From NCBI GenBank assembly GCA_964589565.1, contig CAZPSS010000001.1, forward strand, positions 1-33,516: a stretch of DNA of 33,516 nucleotides, written 5' to 3'. Position 1 is the first letter of the stretch. Each line of letters starts with the position of its first letter. The notes under the pieces were generated by a model that saw only the letters and a list, made by a program, of their open reading frames with translations, ran no database searches and was not told the DNA's origin. Below, one piece after another: positions 1-7,231 of this stretch. This stretch comes from an uncultured Planctomycetia bacterium (GTDB lineage: Bacteria > Omnitrophota > Gorgyraeia > JAFGHF01). A program made the translations under genes and the position numbers.

Positions 1-1
1 G

Positions 2-271
2 CCACTTGATGAGTTAAAAACCATACCGGGGATAATCGAAAATATTATAAAAGGCCTTAAGGACACCGGCTTTGACCGGGCGCATTTCTTTTCCTATGGC
101 GATTTCAGCCTTATATTTGAGGTTGTCTACTATGTTATGAGCAGGGACTACAATAAATATATGGACATCCAGCAAGAGGTTAATTTTGCCATAAAGAAGG
201 AATTCGAGGCCAGGCATATTGAATTTGCTTACCCCACGCAGACATTATATTTGACTAAAACCGCTGAATAA
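2..271 (+). CDS. Mechanosensitive ion channel (MscS family), C-terminal fragment; 5' end lies outside the window
   Basis: Frame 2 is open from the window edge to TAA at 269-271. The translation ...FSYGDFSLIFEVVYYVMSRDYNKYMDIQQEVNFAIKKEFEARHIEFAYPTQTLYL looks like the conserved MscS C-terminal domain. It is absent from the ORF track because there is no start in the window. Antisense ORF 14..217 is rejected. Confidence 0.7.
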   Translation, partial: PLDELKTIPGIIENIIKGLKDTGFDRAHFFSYGDFSLIFEVVYYVMSRDYNKYMDIQQEVNFAIKKEFEARHIEFAYPTQTLYLTKTAE

Positions 272-274
272 TAA

Positions 275-397
275 CAAGAAAATTGCCTTCGGCAATAACC
301 TTAATCCTAAAGGATAGACCTTCCTATTCCTGATTAAGGAAAGGTCTAATATGCAATTTTCGTAGTGGTATCCGCTATATACTTTCCTATACCATAA
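275..397 (+). repeat. Copy A of a two-copy non-coding module (UUCG-loop hairpin plus second hairpin), here carrying an extra ~45-nt hairpin insertion; lies just upstream of otsA
   Basis: CAAGAAAATTGCCTTCGGCAAT (275-296) is identical to 7134-7155. TAATATGCAATTTTCG.AGTGGTATC...TATACTTT..TATACCATAA (347-397) aligns with 7160-7209 at roughly 85 percent identity. Positions 299-339 form their own hairpin (CCTTAATC / GATTAAGG), which copy B lacks. Confidence 0.8.
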
Positions 398-406
398 AAA
401 AATAAA

Positions 407-1897
407 ATGGCCGACAGCAGACAAAAATTGCAGCGAGCCGTTCGCGAAAAGCTAAGGGGCTACCATGTAATAGTGGCCTCTAATCGCGAGCCCTATCTGC
501 ATTATCTTAGGGAAGGCAAAGTCGCCTATCATACACCGCCCGGCGGCACAGCCCATACTTTAGATTCAATTCTGCAGGCCTGCGGCGGCACATGGGTTGC
601 TTACGGCAGCGGCAACGCCGACAAAAAAGTAGTTGACGGGCAGGATAAGGTTCAGGTGCCTCCCGATGGGCCGGCTTATACATTAAAAAGGATTTGGCTG
701 AACAAGGAGCAGGCAGACGGATACTATTACGGTTTTTCCAATCAGGCCCTCTGGCCCTTATGCCATATGGTTTACACCCGTCCGATATTCAGGCAATCGG
801 ACTGGAATTATTATCGGCAGGTAAATAAAATATTTGCCGATGCCGTGCTTAAAGAGATAGGCAAAAATCCTGCCTTTGTCTGGATTCAGGACTATCACTT
901 GGCGCTTATGGCTAAATATATTAAAGAGAAAAGAAAGGATGTAATCTGCGCCCAATTCTGGCATATCCCCTGGCCCAACCCCGAGGCCTTTAGAATTTGC
1001 CCGATGAAGAAGCAAATCATGGAAGGGCTTTTAGCCAATGATATGCTGGGTTTTCATGTGCGCTATCACGACCAGAATTTTATCAGCACCGTGGAGAGTG
1101 AAATCGAAGCCCGCACCGATAGAGAAAGAACTTCCTTAATCTGTCACGGCCATGAAACTATTATCAGGGCTTTCCCTATCAGCGTGGATTTTCGAAAGAT
1201 CAACAGGGATGTCGATTCGCAGGCTGTCAAAGAGCGCTCCGCGCGTTTCAGGGAAGAGTTTTCTCTGGGCGGGGAATTGAAAGTCATTTTGGGGCTTGAC
1301 CGCATTGATTATACCAAGGGAATTCCCGAGAGATTGCGGGCGGTTGGCCGGCTTTTAGAAAAATACCCGCAGTATAAAGAGCGTTTTGTCTTTATCCAGA
1401 TAGGCGCTCTTTCCCGGGTACACATTTCTCAATACCGGGATTTAAACGATGAAATAAATGACCTGGTGGAGGAGATTAACTGGAAACATTCAACGGAAAA
1501 CTGGTCGCCGATAATTTTTGCGCGCAGAACACTTTCTTTGCCTGAGACTTTGGCATTTTATCGCCTGGGCGACGTTTGTGTCGTAAGCTCTCTGCATGAC
1601 GGGATGAATATTGTGGCCAAGGAATATATTTGCGCCAAAAATAACTTAGACGGGATGTTGCTGCTCAGCCAGTTTACCGGGGCAGCCCGGGAACTGCCCG
1701 AGGCAATACTGATTAATCCTTACGACATTGAGGATTTCTCCGACAAAATAAAGCTGGCCCTGGATATGTCCAAGGAAGAAAAGGCCGAGAGAATGGCCAA
1801 ACTGCGCGAGACTATTGCCGAAAACGACATCTATAAATGGGCGAATAAATTTATTAACGAGCTGGCAAAGACGCTGAAGGTATTGCGAAGGGGATAA
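407..1897 (+). CDS. otsA: Alpha,alpha-trehalose-phosphate synthase (GT20)
   Basis: GT20 hallmarks are present: GFSNQALWPLCH, LGLDRIDYTKGIPERL and SLHDGMNIVAKEY. The 496 aa length is typical. Confidence 0.9.
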   Translation: MADSRQKLQRAVREKLRGYHVIVASNREPYLHYLREGKVAYHTPPGGTAHTLDSILQACGGTWVAYGSGNADKKVVDGQDKVQVPPDGPAYTLKRIWLNKEQADGYYYGFSNQALWPLCHMVYTRPIFRQSDWNYYRQVNKIFADAVLKEIGKNPAFVWIQDYHLALMAKYIKEKRKDVICAQFWHIPWPNPEAFRICPMKKQIMEGLLANDMLGFHVRYHDQNFISTVESEIEARTDRERTSLICHGHETIIRAFPISVDFRKINRDVDSQAVKERSARFREEFSLGGELKVILGLDRIDYTKGIPERLRAVGRLLEKYPQYKERFVFIQIGALSRVHISQYRDLNDEINDLVEEINWKHSTENWSPIIFARRTLSLPETLAFYRLGDVCVVSSLHDGMNIVAKEYICAKNNLDGMLLLSQFTGAARELPEAILINPYDIEDFSDKIKLALDMSKEEKAERMAKLRETIAENDIYKWANKFINELAKTLKVLRRG

Positions 1898-1914
1898 CGA
1901 AGAGGGAAACTAAA

Positions 1915-3090
1915 ATGCGCGTTGCGATGTTTCATTGGGGATTTCCTCCGACTATCGGAGGGGTGGAGACCCATCTGACTATGCTTTGCCCGGAACTGGT
2001 AAGAAAAGGGCATAAAGTTTTTTTACTTACCTCGACCGCAGAAGAAGCGAAAAAAATAGAGGAAAATTACTTTGGCACATATATAAGAAGAACGCCTTTG
2101 ATGGACTTAAACTGGCTTTGCCGAAGAGGTCTGGAGGGGATAGATGACAAAATCAAAGAATCCTTTTCGGAGTTTATAGAAAAGGCCCGCCCCAATATTA
2201 TTCATGCGCACAATATGCATTATTTCAGCCATGTCCACACCAAGACTTTAGAAAAGCTGGCGAAAAAGAAAGGAGTTCCTTTAGTCCTGACCGCCCATAA
2301 TGTCTGGGATGATATTGTATTCTTGGATTTGACTCTGGATATTGCCTGGGATGCGGTAATCGCAGTGAGTAATTTTATTGCTAAGGAATTAAGCAGTGTA
2401 GGTTTGCCCATGAGGAGGATAACCGTAGTTCATCACGGTATCGATATAGATAAGTTCTTTCCTGGCAAATCCGCAAGGATACTCAAGAAATACCCGCTGC
2501 TTAAAGATAAAAGGGTCTTTTTCCATCCCGCCCGCACCGGGATTGCCAAAGGCAGTGACATTAGCGTAAAGGCCTTAAGGATTATTAAAAAGAGCATTCC
2601 CAATGTATTGTTGATTTTAGCAGGCACCAAAAACATTATCGACTGGGGCGCTACTCAACAGAAGGACCTTGCCTATATTGTTCAATTGGTAAAAAGATTT
2701 GGCCTGGAAGAGAACACATTTATAAATGTATTTACACGGGCACAGATGCCGGCATTGTACCAAGCCAGCGAATTCGCAATCTATCCTTCTTCGGCGGGTG
2801 AGCCTTTTGGCCTGACTATGCTGGAGGCGATGGCTTGTAAACGCCCGATGATAGTTACCAATTGCGGAGGAATGCCTGAAGTTATCAAAGAGGGAGTCAA
2901 TGGCTTTGTGGTGAAAAGCAGAGATTACAAAGCCTTAGCGGACAGGTGTATTGCCCTTTTTCAAGACGAGTCGTTAAGGAATTCCCTGGGGGAGGCCGGA
3001 AGAGCTATAGTCGAACAAAAATATACTACGGCAATGATGACCGAAAACACCCTCGCCGTTTATCGAAAGCTTGCAGGCCGGAACAAATAA
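1915..3090 (+). CDS. Family 4 (GT-B) glycosyltransferase, specificity unknown
   Basis: N-terminal FPPTIGGVETH and a C-terminal E-x7-E region (EPFGLTMLEAMACKRPMIVTNCGGMPEVIKEGVNGFVV). It starts 18 nt after the otsA stop, and its own stop abuts the otsB ATG. Confidence 0.85.
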   Translation: MRVAMFHWGFPPTIGGVETHLTMLCPELVRKGHKVFLLTSTAEEAKKIEENYFGTYIRRTPLMDLNWLCRRGLEGIDDKIKESFSEFIEKARPNIIHAHNMHYFSHVHTKTLEKLAKKKGVPLVLTAHNVWDDIVFLDLTLDIAWDAVIAVSNFIAKELSSVGLPMRRITVVHHGIDIDKFFPGKSARILKKYPLLKDKRVFFHPARTGIAKGSDISVKALRIIKKSIPNVLLILAGTKNIIDWGATQQKDLAYIVQLVKRFGLEENTFINVFTRAQMPALYQASEFAIYPSSAGEPFGLTMLEAMACKRPMIVTNCGGMPEVIKEGVNGFVVKSRDYKALADRCIALFQDESLRNSLGEAGRAIVEQKYTTAMMTENTLAVYRKLAGRNK

Positions 3091-3975
3091 ATGCAATACC
3101 TCTTTAATAACTGGTCCGCTTTAGAGAAAAGGTTAAAAGAGGCAGGACGCATTCTTTTATGCGCAGATTTTGACGGCACTGTCACTCCCATCAGGCCCAG
3201 GCCCAAAGATGCTGAGCTTTCTAAAGAGAGCCGCCTTCTTTTACGCAGACTCTCTAAAAATAACTTGTTTTTCGTAGGAATTATCAGCGGACGGGGATTA
3301 AAGGATATTAGGGAAAAAGTCGGCGTAAGAGGTTTGATCTACGCCGGCAATCACGGCCTGGAAATTGCTTATGGTATAGGAAAGTATAAAAACATCAGAT
3401 ACCACTGCGAAAATCGCACCAGAGTTATCGCGAAGCGATTTTCTTGTAAAAAGGAAAGCTTTGTTCATCCGGCGGCAAAAAGGTTTATCCCTGTAATCTC
3501 CGAAATTTCCCGAAGCTTAAAAAGGGGCCTGGCCCCTTTTCTGGCGCCTTTTTCAGGCGCCATTCTGGAAGAGAAACTCTTTAGCTTAAGCCTGCACCAT
3601 CGTTTGGTTAAAAAAGAAAAATTATCAAGGCTAAAAAAAATATTTTTACAAACCGTTAAGCCTTATTTAACAGCGCGCAAGGTTAAGCTGACCTATGGAA
3701 AAAAGGTTTGGGAGGTAAGGCCGCCCATTGAATGGGATAAGGGAAAGGCCGTTGTTTGGCTTGCGCAAAGGCTAAAGGCCGCAAAAGCGCTCCCCGTATA
3801 TATAGGAGACGACCTGACCGATGAAGATGGTTTCCGGGCGGTGAATAAAATGGGGGGCCTTAGCGTTGTTGTGGGCAGAAAAAGAAGTTCCTCGGCAAGA
3901 TATTATCTCAAAAGCGCTAAAGATGTGCAAAAATTCTTGGAAGAAATCGAAAAAATAAAAAGATGCGAAGTATAA
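3091..3975 (+). CDS. otsB: Trehalose-6-phosphate phosphatase (HAD superfamily)
   Basis: HAD motif I is LLCADFDGTVTPI and motif IV is GDDLTDEDGF. SGAILEEKLFSLSLHHR resembles the OtsB cap region. Confidence 0.85.
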   Translation: MQYLFNNWSALEKRLKEAGRILLCADFDGTVTPIRPRPKDAELSKESRLLLRRLSKNNLFFVGIISGRGLKDIREKVGVRGLIYAGNHGLEIAYGIGKYKNIRYHCENRTRVIAKRFSCKKESFVHPAAKRFIPVISEISRSLKRGLAPFLAPFSGAILEEKLFSLSLHHRLVKKEKLSRLKKIFLQTVKPYLTARKVKLTYGKKVWEVRPPIEWDKGKAVVWLAQRLKAAKALPVYIGDDLTDEDGFRAVNKMGGLSVVVGRKRSSSARYYLKSAKDVQKFLEEIEKIKRCEV

Positions 3976-4637
3976 AGAAGGCAAGGCAGCCTTTTACTTT
4001 TTACACCCGCTTGCATTTGCAGGAGTTGACCGGGCGCAAGGCGCGCGACCTTAAAGGGCTGCTTAGCGGCATTCGCGAGGCAGCGGGTTCGGTAATCTAT
4101 CACCATACGCATCGTTTCCTGCAGCAGCATCAGTTTCTTTCCCCGGAACCTCCCAATGACTTTGCCTACTGGGTTACGGAAGTCTTAGGTGAGCACAAAT
4201 TAGGCGAAGAAATGGCCAGTATTGATACAATTCAATTCTCCAGTATCCGGGCTTTAAGAGAAAAACTTGCCCAGACTATTGAAGAGCATATCCGCTATAT
4301 GAAAAAGACAGGGCGCAGCCAATTCCACGTCTCTTCCTTAGAGGAACAATTTCACTTTATCAAGACTATCAGTTTTATTTTTCCTACCTCTTATACAGCC
4401 CGCAACCTTTCGGAATTCCTGAAAATCTTAAAAAAGATTACCATCAACTCCATATATTTTCATGTCTTTGAGGCAAAACTGCGTTTAGAGAAAGGAATAA
4501 ATGATTTCTCTTACTGGATTGATACAAGCTGCGGCGAGCCTGCGCTTGCCAAACAATTAGCCAGGCTTGACCCTTATACTTATACTTTGGAAGGATTAAG
4601 GACAAAGATTATCAGTTTAATTGAAGCAAGTATATAA
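3963..4637 (+). CDS. Hypothetical protein built from two tandem ~100-aa homologous modules; family not recognised
   Basis: The ATG overlaps the otsB stop by 13 nt. The internal duplication is visible by eye: FTFYTR...ARDLKGLLSGI...SVIYHH...NDFAYWV versus FHFIKT...ARNLSEFLKIL...SIYFHV...NDFSYWI. Confidence 0.6.
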   Translation: MRSIKKARQPFTFYTRLHLQELTGRKARDLKGLLSGIREAAGSVIYHHTHRFLQQHQFLSPEPPNDFAYWVTEVLGEHKLGEEMASIDTIQFSSIRALREKLAQTIEEHIRYMKKTGRSQFHVSSLEEQFHFIKTISFIFPTSYTARNLSEFLKILKKITINSIYFHVFEAKLRLEKGINDFSYWIDTSCGEPALAKQLARLDPYTYTLEGLRTKIISLIEASI

Positions 4638-4649
4638 AAATGTTTCTAC

Positions 4650-4769
4650 CGTCATTGCGAGCCCCAAAGGGGCGAAGCAATCTCAAACGCGGGGATTGCT
4701 TCCCCCTGCTAATTCACTTCGTGAATTAAAGCGCTGGGGGCAGGCGTCGCTGCGCTCCTCGCAATGACG
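4650..4769. repeat. REP/MITE-like palindromic element, full-length copy (family GTCATTGCGAG...CTCGCAATGAC)
   Basis: It has 12-bp perfect terminal inverted repeats: CGTCATTGCGAG (4650-4661) and CTCGCAATGACG (4758-4769). Internal hairpins are GAAGCAATC/GATTGCTTC (4674-4682 / 4694-4702) and AATTCAC/GTGAATT. It is GC-rich relative to its surroundings. Confidence 0.85.
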
Positions 4770-4782
4770 AAACTAATCCCCT

Positions 4783-6003
4783 ATGAAACTATCCGATTAC
4801 GAACCGGTCGTAGGCAAAAATGTCATTGAGGAACTGAAGAGTTTAGCTCAGAGGCTTGCCGGTAAAGTAGTGCGCAACATAAACTCCACTGCAGTAGGCG
4901 GGGGTGTGGCAGAAATATTGAATCGGCTCACGCCCCTTTTAAACGAATTAGGATTATCCGTCCGTTGGGACGTAATCCGGGGAGGGGAGAAGTTCTTTTC
5001 CGTTACCAAGAAATTGCATAATATGCTGCACGGAAAAGAGCAGAAGCTTTCTCAGGGCGAAATAGAACTATTTTTGCAGACCAGCGAAGAGAACCTGAAA
5101 AATATGGATATCAGCGGCGATATTATATTTGTTCACGACCCCCAGCCTATTGCCCTGATTAAAAAGAGGCCTATGCTTAAAAAGAGCAAATGGCTCTGGC
5201 GCTGTCATATTGATGTTTCCCAGCCCAATAGCCAAGTCTGGGATTTCTTAAAGCCCTATATCGAACAGTACGATGCGGCAGTTTTTTCTTCTCCTAATTT
5301 TGCGCAGAGCCTGGCGATTAGACAATTCTTGATTTCTCCTTCCATTGACCCTTTGAGCGATAAGAATAAAGAGCTTTCTCAGGAGAGAATAGATGCAGTG
5401 CTGAAAAACTTCGGCATCCTTAAGGATAAACCGATTATTGTCCAGATTTCCCGTTTTGATTACCTGAAAGACCCCTTGGGCGTAATTGATGTATACCGGC
5501 TGGTGAAAAAATATGTAGATTGTCGATTGGTTTTAGCCGGAGGCACCGCCAGCGACGACCCGGAATCAAATGAGGTGTTGACTAAGGTAAAGGAGAAAGC
5601 CGGCCGGGACCCGGATATTCACATCCTGGCCGTGCCGGCCGCCAGCGATATAGAGATAAACGCCCTGCAAAGAGCCGCGGCTGTCGTATTGCAGAAGTCT
5701 ATTCGCGAAGGCTTTGCCCTTACGGTTAGCGAGGCCCTCTGGAAGGCCAGGCCCGTAGTTGCCTCTGCCGTGGGAGGCATACCTTTGCAGATAAAGCACA
5801 AATTTGGCGGCCTTCTTTTTCAAACAGTCGAAGGCGCCGCCTTCGGCGTCAAGCAATTGCTGAACAGCCCCGAGTATGCAAAAAAATTAGGGCAGGTCGG
5901 AAGGGAACACATTAAACAAAATTTTCTGCTCACCCGCCACATCAGGGATTATCTGCTTTTATTTTTAGCCTTGTACCATCGCACGGATATTGTGAATATA
6001 TAG
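4783..6003 (+). CDS. treT: Trehalose glycosyltransferring synthase (TreT-type GT4)
   Basis: It is collinear with archaeal/Thermotoga TreT as I recall it: NSTAVGGGVAEIL, WLWRCHIDVS, SPSIDPLSDKN, ISRFD and SIREGFALTVSEALWKARPVVASAVGGIPLQI. Confidence 0.8.
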   Translation: MKLSDYEPVVGKNVIEELKSLAQRLAGKVVRNINSTAVGGGVAEILNRLTPLLNELGLSVRWDVIRGGEKFFSVTKKLHNMLHGKEQKLSQGEIELFLQTSEENLKNMDISGDIIFVHDPQPIALIKKRPMLKKSKWLWRCHIDVSQPNSQVWDFLKPYIEQYDAAVFSSPNFAQSLAIRQFLISPSIDPLSDKNKELSQERIDAVLKNFGILKDKPIIVQISRFDYLKDPLGVIDVYRLVKKYVDCRLVLAGGTASDDPESNEVLTKVKEKAGRDPDIHILAVPAASDIEINALQRAAAVVLQKSIREGFALTVSEALWKARPVVASAVGGIPLQIKHKFGGLLFQTVEGAAFGVKQLLNSPEYAKKLGQVGREHIKQNFLLTRHIRDYLLLFLALYHRTDIVNI

Positions 6004-6693
6004 ATGAAAACCCAAGTCTTAAAGATAGACCCGGAAAATATAGATTTAGGGAAAATTAAAAAAGCAGCTGAGGTGATAAAAAAAGGCGGAATTGTTGCTT
6101 TTCCCACCGAAACCGTCTATGGGCTGGCGGCGGATTTTTTAAATAAGCGGGCCGTAAATAGAATCTTTAAGCTGAAGAAACGCCCGCAAAATAAACCCTT
6201 GACCGTACAGATAGAAGATATTACCTATTTAGAAAAATTAGGTTGCGATGTTTCTACTTTTTCCTGCCAATTAATGAGTAAATTTTGGCCGGGGCCTTTG
6301 ACTCTGGTTTTGCCTCTGCGCCGAAACCTTGGCGTAGGCGGGCCCCGTTCCAAATTGCAAGCTGTCACAACAAAGAATTTGGAACGGGGCGGGAAGGCAA
6401 AAGGAGCCGCAACAATCGGGGTGCGCATACCCGATAATAAGGTTGCCCGAAGCCTGATAAAGGAAAGCCATACCCCCATAGTGGCGCCCAGCGCCAATCT
6501 TTCGGGTGAGCCTGCTGCCAGAACAGCCCGGGAGGTAACAGATACCTTTGACGGCCTGATAGAGCTCGTTATTGACTCAGGAGCGGTGGAATTGGGGGTA
6601 GCCTCCACAGTCGTAGATTTATCCGTTTCTCCTTTCAGAATATTAAGAGAAGGCGCCATAAGCCGAAAGGAAATTCAAGATGCCCGGGGCTAA
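6004..6693 (+). CDS. tsaC: L-threonylcarbamoyladenylate synthase (Sua5/YrdC/YwlC family)
   Basis: Motifs FPTETVYGLAAD, KKRPQNKPLTVQI, FWPGPLTLVLP and APSANLSGEP. The ATG directly follows the treT stop (TAGATG). Confidence 0.85.
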   Translation: MKTQVLKIDPENIDLGKIKKAAEVIKKGGIVAFPTETVYGLAADFLNKRAVNRIFKLKKRPQNKPLTVQIEDITYLEKLGCDVSTFSCQLMSKFWPGPLTLVLPLRRNLGVGGPRSKLQAVTTKNLERGGKAKGAATIGVRIPDNKVARSLIKESHTPIVAPSANLSGEPAARTAREVTDTFDGLIELVIDSGAVELGVASTVVDLSVSPFRILREGAISRKEIQDARG

Positions 6694-7162
6694 AACAATT
6701 CTATTGGTTTGCACAGGTAACTCCTGCCGCAGCGTAATGGCCTGGGGCTTATTAAAAGAGATGCTAAAGGAAAAAGGCGATTATAAAATAATCACTGCCG
6801 GCACACGAACAATTAAAGACCTGCCCCCGAGCCGTGAAACTATTCAGGTTATGTTCGAACAAAACATCAATGTGTCCGAACATCGCAGTCAACTCATCAG
6901 CAATGGAATGCTCTCTGGGGCAGATTTAGTTTTGGTAATGGAAAAAAGACATAAGGAAGATATTTTAAGCCGTAATCCCTGCATTCAGAATAAAGTCCAC
7001 CTATTAAGCGAATTTGGCAGACAGGAATCGGAAGATGAATTAGTTAACCCCGATATTCCCGACCCTATCGGCAAGCCTTTGGAGTTTTACCGTGAGATTT
7101 TGGCTATTATTAAGGAAGCCCTTGTGCACACAGCAAGAAAATTGCCTTCGGCAATGACTTAA
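6680..7162 (+). CDS. Low-molecular-weight protein phosphatase (tyrosine/arginine phosphatase, YwlE-like)
   Basis: P-loop CTGNSCRS near the N-terminus and a DPIG acid loop. It overlaps tsaC by 14 nt. The last ~9 codons are supplied by repeat copy B. Confidence 0.85.
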   Translation: MPGAKTILLVCTGNSCRSVMAWGLLKEMLKEKGDYKIITAGTRTIKDLPPSRETIQVMFEQNINVSEHRSQLISNGMLSGADLVLVMEKRHKEDILSRNPCIQNKVHLLSEFGRQESEDELVNPDIPDPIGKPLEFYREILAIIKEALVHTARKLPSAMT

Positions 7163-7209
7163 TATGCAATTTTCGCAGTGGTATCGTATTTATACTTTGT
7201 ATACCATAA
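7134..7209 (+). repeat. Copy B of the two-copy non-coding module; overlaps the phosphatase stop and lies just upstream of rpiB
   Basis: See 275-397. There are 22 identical nt including the ATTGCC-TTCG-GGCAAT hairpin, then a ~50-nt segment at about 85 percent identity containing the TGGTAT...ATACCA hairpin. Confidence 0.8.
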
Positions 7210-7231
7210 GAAAATTGGAGGAGCAATAATA

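Noticed and set aside
14-217. Antisense or shadow ORFs in the track. Examples are 14..217, 758..1015, 6225..6659, 7325..7630, 7753..8118, 8164..8517, 8772..9092, 17573..17776, 20569..20991, 21274..21642, 22637..22939, 25511..25786, 26745..27071, 27479..27772, 28656..28991 and 32708..33406.
   Set aside because: Each lies opposite or out of frame within a gene that has strong family motifs on the + strand, or across a repeat. Their translations are low-complexity with no recognisable motifs. The 232-aa ORF antisense to lpxD is the usual artefact of hexapeptide-repeat DNA.
347-397. A sigma70 promoter inside the duplicated otsA/rpiB upstream module, with TATACT as the -10.
   Set aside because: No acceptable -35 hexamer lies at 16-19 nt spacing in either copy, so I report the module only as a repeat of unknown function.
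7178-7231. Longer N-terminal extensions given by the ORF track for rpiB (7178), dCMP deaminase (9124), ssb (26573), bamA (29438) and lpxD (32429).
   Set aside because: The extensions run through repeat DNA or the upstream gene and lack RBSs. Internal starts sit at canonical distance from GGAGG-like sites, or match the usual N-termini of the families.
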